64,000 bases of DNA from positions 20,336,001 to 20,400,000 of the forward strand of contig JBHGNT010000008.1 in NCBI GenBank assembly GCA_043228905.1, read 5' to 3'. Below, in pieces: positions 57,701 through 64,000 of the stretch (position 1 is its first letter; each line of letters starts with the position of its first letter). Made by a program: the position numbers and the translations under genes. A model generated the notes under the pieces. The model was not told the DNA's origin. It saw only the letters and a list, made by a program, of their open reading frames with translations, and did not search any database. Source of the DNA: Azolla caroliniana. Its lineage: Eukaryota; Plantae; Polypodiophyta.

Positions 57701-60614
57701 TGCTCCCCAATGCAAAATCCGATGCGTCAGCTTCGATAATGAATGGTTTTTCCGGATCGACATGAGCTAGAATTGGAGCCGATGTAAATGCCTTTTTAAG
57801 ACTCTCGAAAGCCATGTCTGGTTTAGGGTCTCTTGCCGGTTGGGTCTGCTCATCGTAGAATCGATCCTTACCGGTCGACTCGGGGTTCATTATCTTCTTC
57901 TCCAACTCCCAGTCGGCGAGCGTCTTGTTCTCCATGAAGATAATATCTCGACTCCAGAATACCTTCTTGTCGACCAGGTCCCATACTCGGTAGCCGAACT
58001 CATCGTCACCGTAACCGGGGAATATGCATGGCCGGGTCTTCGTATCTAGTTTTCCTCTCCGGTCCTTAGCTACATGTACATACACAAGACACCCGAATAC
58101 CTTCAAATGCCGGTAGGACACTTTCTTACCGGTCCAGACTCCCTGTGGCGTGTCTCCGTCCAAGGGTACTGAGGGTGATCTGTTTATCACATATGCCGTC
58201 ATCGATAGTGCCTCAGCCCAAAACTTCTTGGGTAGTTTTGCATGCGCCAGCATACTCCGGACCCTCTCCATTATGGTCTGGTTCATCGTCTCGGCCAGCC
58301 CGTTTAGTTCCGGCGTCTTCGGCACGGTAAATTCGAGCCGGATTCCCTTCGAGCGACAATACTCCTCGAACTTCCCCCGGTATTCATCTCCGTTATCTAC
58401 TCGAACCGCCCTCAGCTTCCGGCCGGTTTCTCTTTCCACTCTCGCGTGGAGCTCTTTGAAGACGGATAACACCTTATCCTTCGTCTTCAACGGTGTGGCC
58501 CACAGCTTCCGGATGTGGTCATCTATGAACATCACAAAGTACTGCGATCTGGCATGTGACTTCGTGTCCACTTGACATACATCAGTATGCACCACCTCCA
58601 GTGGTGCATTACGTCTCATCGGAGACCTCGATCAGAAGGAGGTCCGGTTTTGTTTACCAGCCAGACAGTCAGTGCACTTCTCCAAGTGCACGTTCTTCAC
58701 TGGAATGAGGTTGTCGTCTACAAGCCTCTTCATCCCCTTCTCGCTCATGTGACACAACCTCTTGTGCCACAGCTCACCGGCAGTGTCGGATGCTACGTTC
58801 ACTTCTTCCGGGTATAACCGGGCATTCATCAGATACAGCGTGTTTACCTTCCGGGCCCGAGCCACAATCAAGCTCCCTTTGCTGAACTTCATAACACTGT
58901 TCTGGATGCTACCCGTGTAGCCTTCATCATCTAGCCAACCAGCTGATATCAGGTTCAGACGAACCTCCGGAACGTGTCAGACATCCTTCAGCAGCAGCTT
59001 GCATCCGGTTGGTGTTGTCAACCACACGTCTCCTATGCCGACAATTTGGCATGTACCTTCATTCCCCATCCGGACACAGCCGTGATCACCGGCTGAGTAG
59101 GATGAGAAGTATTTCCGGTCCGGGGTAAGATGGAATGACGCTCTGGAGTCGACCACCCAGGTCATCTCGTCGCCGGCAAGGTTTAGCTCACTCTCCTCGG
59201 TGATGACCATCAACTCTTCTTCACTTGCTGCGATTGCCGTCATTCCCTTTCGGTCCGGCCCCCTCCGGTCTTTACCGTTTCGGTCCAGTGTCCACTTCAA
59301 ATCGGTACCGTCGGTTTCCTTGTCTTTTCGGAAGTGCCGACAGTTCTTCTGGAAGTGTCCCAGCTTGCCGCAATAGAAGCAAGTAGGCCTTTCCCTTGAC
59401 TTTGACCGTGTCCCCGACTTCTCCCAGTTCTGGGGACTACGATTCCTTTTTCTTCCGCGTTCTGATTCGGTAAGGAGCGCTTTGGAGTCGGAGCTCGTAT
59501 CCTTATCTTTCCGACGTGCCTCCTCATCTAGCAAGCTCGACTTCACTCTTGCTAGGGATAACCGTTTCCCTTCCGGCCCGGCGTTGCCCAAAGTGACAAC
59601 CAGCGTCTCCCAACTATCTGGGAGGAAACCGAGCAGGAGTAGCGCTAGTACCTCATTGGCGAGAGGTACTCCCAATGATGTTGCCTGGTGGATCAGACCC
59701 TGGAAGGAATTCATGTGCTCCACCATGCTGGAGCCATCTTGGTACCGGAGTCTTACTAGCTTCCGAAATACCAAAACCTGATTAACAACATTTTTGTTTT
59801 GAAACATAATGTTGATATTCTCCTAGAGCTCATGAGCCTTGCTCTCTTCATTGAAGTTGTTGTATAGACTCATGTCGATGAAGCACCGTATGTAAGCCGT
59901 TGTCTTCATGTGCATCACCTCCCATATCGTGGCATTGATTTTGTCTGGTCTCTTGTTCCCGAACTGAACCGGCAACCAAAGATCTTTAACCACAAGCATG
60001 TCCCTCATCCTCGACTTCCACACGGAATAGTTGGAGCCGGTGAGCTTGAACATGCCTCCCAACGATTCGTCCATTTTCTGTGTCGAACCTCGCTCTGATA
60101 CCACTTTGACAGGAACTACACACTCCGATGAACAACGTTCGGCCACAACCAACTTACAATCAAACACAGAAAACGGTAATGAATGCACGACACAATGGAG
60201 AGAAGAGTACACGGGATGTTAACGTGGAAAACCCAAACTAGGGAAAAACCACGACAGCCCACAGATTGCAAACTATCACTATATCGTAATGTACAATAGT
60301 AAAGCACCGAGGCAACGACCTCGAGCTTGCTTTCTTCGCCATAGGCGGCGGTTACAACAAAGGCAACGACCTCTTCCTCTCTCTCTCTCTCTTTGTACAC
60401 AATTACGCGCTCTAATCTTGCACCAACAAGAATGACAACCCCCTATAGAAAAAAAAACTAAGTTTGCCCTAAGTCATAAATAAAAAAATGACACTCCTCA
60501 CCGAGCCTGCATCATCCAGCGCTTGCCGGGCACACATCATCCGGTTCTCACCGGGTCTTCCGTTGCCAGGTACTCCACATCCGGTTCTCACCGGGTCTTC
60601 ACCATCCAACTCTT
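54780..60614 (-). mobile_element. Copia A element (3' LTR 54780-55425, 5' LTR from 60107, PBS 60092-60103) with RT/RNaseH replaced by a chromoviral Gypsy segment
   Basis: Both LTRs share the ccccctatagaaaaaaaaactaag signature. PPT GAAGGGGGAG; gag MDESLGGMFKL; integrase to about 57827. Only ~95 bp of the pol end remain (55437-55530). Confidence 0.88.
55531..57826 (-). mobile_element. Chromoviral (Tcn1-like) Gypsy 3' half: RNase H, integrase, chromodomain, PPT, partial LTR
   Basis: EADASDFALG, NYEIHDKELLAI, GHFG...CDTC, SIALDFIT, SDRGPQF, LGPF, and chromodomain YKVAAILDS...YYLVDW...TWEP. PPT AAAGGGGGGATAG precedes TGTCATGA at 55750. Confidence 0.92.
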
Positions 60615-63600
60615 TGTTGAGAACTCGACGTTCCTTATGTCCGACGCTCGGCCACAACCGAGATTCTTTTCATACACAGAAAAACAGGTAATGAAACGCG
60701 ACACAAAAGAGGAGAAATGGTACACAGGAGGTATACGTGGAAAACCCCAAAATAGGGGAAAAACCACGGCAGCCCACAAGCTGCAAACTGTCACTATGCA
60801 GAAATATACAACAGTGAGATCACTGAGGCAACGACCTCGTGCTCTCAGATCTTCGCCACAGGCGGCGGTTACAACAGAGGCAACGACCTCGTCTCTCACT
60901 CTCTCTCTCTCTCTCTCTCTCTCTATACAATTACGCGCTCTGATTTCTTCTTGCACCAACAAGGAAGAATAATAACAAAAAAAAACGACAACAACTACTC
61001 GACTAAAAGTTTTCCCTAAGTCATATTTATACTAATATGACTTTTCGGCTATTTACAAATGTAGCCTCGATGGGCTCCATCCGGCTCTCTGCAGTCGGGT
61101 ACTCCCCATCCGGCTCTCCGTAGTCGGGTACTCCTCATCCGGTTCATACCGGGCCTACACCATCCGACTCTCCGCAGTCGGGTACTCCTCATCCGGTTCA
61201 TACCGGGCCTCGGCCTGTCGGCCTCGGCCGAGTTTGTTCGTCGGCATTGTTCTTCTACCTTCCCATCCGGAGGGACCTGTTTCCCAACAAACTCCCCCTT
61301 CACTCCGGCATGGGGTGTCTTTTCAGCCCGATCCTCTTCCAGCATGCGTCCAGCTTGTCGGGTGTCAGCACTTTGGTCAGCATACCTGACCCATTCTCGG
61401 TCGTGTGGATCTTCGTCAGTGCGAACTCTTGGTCATCTACCCTTTCCCGGATCCAGTGATACCTCCGCTGGATATGCTTCGTCCGGGAATGGTAGGCCGC
61501 ATTCTTAGCAAGGTGGATGGCACTTTGACTGTCGCAGTAGAGTCGGTATTCCTCTTGCCGGATACCGAGCTCTCCGATGAAGTCCTTCATCCATAATATT
61601 TCCTTGCCGGCTTCTACAGCCACCATGTACTCCGCCTCTGTGGTTGACAATGCAACCGTCTTCTGCAGCCTCGACTGCCACGAAACAGCTCCCCCTGCAT
61701 ATGTCATCACATACCCGGATGTAGACCGGCTGGTATCCACATCAGCCGACATGTCCAAATCGGTGAAACTATCCAGTTGAGGTTTTCCGGAGCCGAATCG
61801 GAGACACATATTTGAAGTGCCCTTCAAATACCGGAGTATCCACTTGACCGCGTTCCAATGCTCCTTGTCGGGATTGCTCATAAACCGGCTCACCACTCCG
61901 ACTGCGTATCCAATGTCCGGTCGGGTACAAACCATTGCGTACATCAAGCTCCCGACGGCAGAGGCATATGGAATCTTCATCATATCTGCCTTCTCTCCTT
62001 TTGTATTCGGGCTTTGCTTGTCGTACAACTTGCAGTTTGCCGGAAGTGTCGATCCGACCGGTTTTGCATCTGACATGTTGAACCGGTGAAGCACCTTTGT
62101 CACATACTTCTCCTGTGACAACCATAATTGCTTCACTGACCGGTCCCGAATGATGTGCATCCCCAACATCTGTCTTGCCGGACCCAAGTCCTTCATTGAG
62201 AAGGTCCGGTTGAGAGCCTTCTTTAGCATCCGTATTTTTCCTTGGTCTCGTCCGACGATCAACATGTCATCCACGTACAGGAGGAGTATCAGGAAGTCCC
62301 CTCCTTCGAACTTCTTCACAAACACGCAGTGATCGGCCTGCGTCTTGTGGTACCCTTGATCGGTCATGAAGGAGTCGAACTTCTGATACCATTGCCGGGG
62401 AGCCTGCTTTAGTCCGTATAGGCTCTTCTTCAACCGGCATACTAGGTGCTCCTTCCCTTTCTCCACAAATCCTTCCGGTTGCTGCATGTAGATCTCCTCT
62501 TCGAGGTCGCCGTGAAGGAATGTCGTCTTCACGTCCAGCTGCTCTACCTCGAGATCCATGCTTGCTGCTATACTCAGCACCGTCCGGATGGAGGTCATCT
62601 TTACTACCGGGGCGAATATTTCGTCAAAGTCCACGCCCTTCTTCTGCTGGAACCCCTTCACCATGATCCTGGCTTTGTATCTCGGGGGGTTGCCGGCATC
62701 TCCCGGTTTCAACTTGAATACCCACTTGTTTCGGAGTGCCCGCTTTCCTTTCGGCAGCTCCACCAATTCGTACGTATGGTTCTCATGCAGGGAATCCATC
62801 TCATCCTGCATGGCACTTAACCATTTTCAGCTGTGGGTGGCAACCTTCGCTTCTTCGAAGCTTTCCGGCTCCCCCTCATCGGTCAGCAGGACATGCTCTG
62901 CATCCGGAAATCTCCGGGGCGCCCTTCTCTCTCTGAGAGGATATCTACGTCTTCGGGCTTCGGTAATCGGTTCCTCCATTTTCTCTTCATCTGAATCCGA
63001 TTCGAGGTCTTGACCGGTTCCGGTCTCAGCTTCCTCTACTTCTTCTTCTGCCAGTTCGGTATCCTCACCGTAACCGGCTGGTTCCTCGAGTGCTAACCGG
63101 TCTCTTGCCGGTTGGGTCTGCTCATTGTAGAGTCTATCCTTACCGGTCGACTCGAAGTTCATTATCTTCTTCTCCGACTCCCAGTCGGCGAGCGTCTTGT
63201 CCTCCATGAAGATAATATCTCGACTCCAGAATACCTTCTTGTCGACCGGGTCCCACACTCGGTAGCCGAACTCATCATCACCGTAACCGAGGAATATGCA
63301 TGCCGGGTCTTTGGATCTAGCTTTCCTCTCCGGTCCTTTGCTACATGCACGTACGCGAGACACCCGAACACCCTCAGATGTCGGTAGGACACTTCCTTAC
63401 CGGTCCATACTCTCTGTGGCGTGTCTCCGTCCAAGGGTACTGAGGGTGATCTGTTTATCACATATGTCGTCGTCGACAGTGCCTCAGCCCAAAACTTCTT
63501 GGGTAGTTTTGCATGCGCTAGCAGACTCCGGACCCTCTCCATTATGGTCCGGTTCATCCTCTCGGCCAGTCCGTTTAGTTCCGGCGTCTTCGGCATGGTA

Positions 63601-64000
63601 AATTCGAGCCGGATTCCCTTCGAGCGGCAGTACTCCTCGAACTACCCCCGGTACTCACCTCCATTATCTGCTCGAACCGCCCTCAGCTTCCAGCCGGTTT
63701 TTCTTTCCCCTCTCGCATGGAGCTCTTTGAAGACGGATAACACCTGATCCTTCGTCTTCAGCGGTGTGGCCCACAGCTTCCGGCTGTGGTCATCTATGAA
63801 CGTCACGAAGTACTGCGCTCCGGCATGTGACTTCGTGTCTACTTGACAAACATCCGTATGCACCAACTCGAGTGGTGCATTACGTCTCATCGGTGGCCTT
63901 GGTCGGAAGGAGGTCCGGTTCTGCTTACCGGCCAGACAATCAATGCACTTCTCTAAATGCACGTTCTTCACTGGGATGAGGTTGTCTTCTACAAGCCTCT
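60615..64000 (-). mobile_element. Copia A element inserted in the 5' LTR of the previous one (3' LTR 60615-61289, PPT, RNaseH-RT-integrase), continuing past the window end
   Basis: TGTTGAG...CCCAACA LTR with tandem units; PPT at 61290. Integrase ORFs are broken by stops and a frameshift. Confidence 0.92.
61300..62811 (-). CDS. pol: Copia RT-RNase H open frame (503 aa), Tnt1-like; part of a disrupted pol
   Basis: KGFQQKKGVDFDEIFAPVVKMTSIR, QLDVKTTFLHGDL, LLYVDDML, ALSTTEAEY, HSRTKHI. Upstream in-frame TGA at about 62827. Confidence 0.85.
   Translation of the reverse strand: MQDEMDSLHENHTYELVELPKGKRALRNKWVFKLKPGDAGNPPRYKARIMVKGFQQKKGVDFDEIFAPVVKMTSIRTVLSIAASMDLEVEQLDVKTTFLHGDLEEEIYMQQPEGFVEKGKEHLVCRLKKSLYGLKQAPRQWYQKFDSFMTDQGYHKTQADHCVFVKKFEGGDFLILLLYVDDMLIVGRDQGKIRMLKKALNRTFSMKDLGPARQMLGMHIIRDRSVKQLWLSQEKYVTKVLHRFNMSDAKPVGSTLPANCKLYDKQSPNTKGEKADMMKIPYASAVGSLMYAMVCTRPDIGYAVGVVSRFMSNPDKEHWNAVKWILRYLKGTSNMCLRFGSGKPQLDSFTDLDMSADVDTSRSTSGYVMTYAGGAVSWQSRLQKTVALSTTEAEYMVAVEAGKEILWMKDFIGELGIRQEEYRLYCDSQSAIHLAKNAAYHSRTKHIQRRYHWIRERVDDQEFALTKIHTTENGSGMLTKVLTPDKLDACWKRIGLKRHPMPE

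Overview
Eukaryotic, plant-type DNA. The TE lineages and the short GH19 chitinase suggest a seedless land plant such as a moss (inference only). Most of the window is nested LTR retrotransposons: Tnt1/Tork-like Copia ('A' and the related 'C'), a second Copia group ('B'), non-chromoviral Gypsy and chromoviral Gypsy. There is also a LINE remnant and a split Sola2-like DNA transposase. The only clear host gene is a two-exon GH19 chitinase with three tandem hevein domains (minus strand, 21875-23098). Two decayed chitinase copies upstream are largely missed by the ORF track. The most striking object is a young, full-length 9.9-kb Gypsy element (4522-14406, 421-bp LTRs, GGGCA TSD) with a long extra ORF and no polypurine tract. 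In place of the PPT is an inverted tRNA-primer-binding-like site 2 nt from the 3' LTR, also seen in a diverged relic, which suggests tRNA-primed plus-strand synthesis. Other highlights are a Copia element whose RT/RNaseH is replaced in frame by chromoviral RNaseH-integrase, a tRNA-like A/B box in a chromoviral LTR, and a conserved hairpin plus duplicated PPT in Copia B. All alignments and counts were made by eye.
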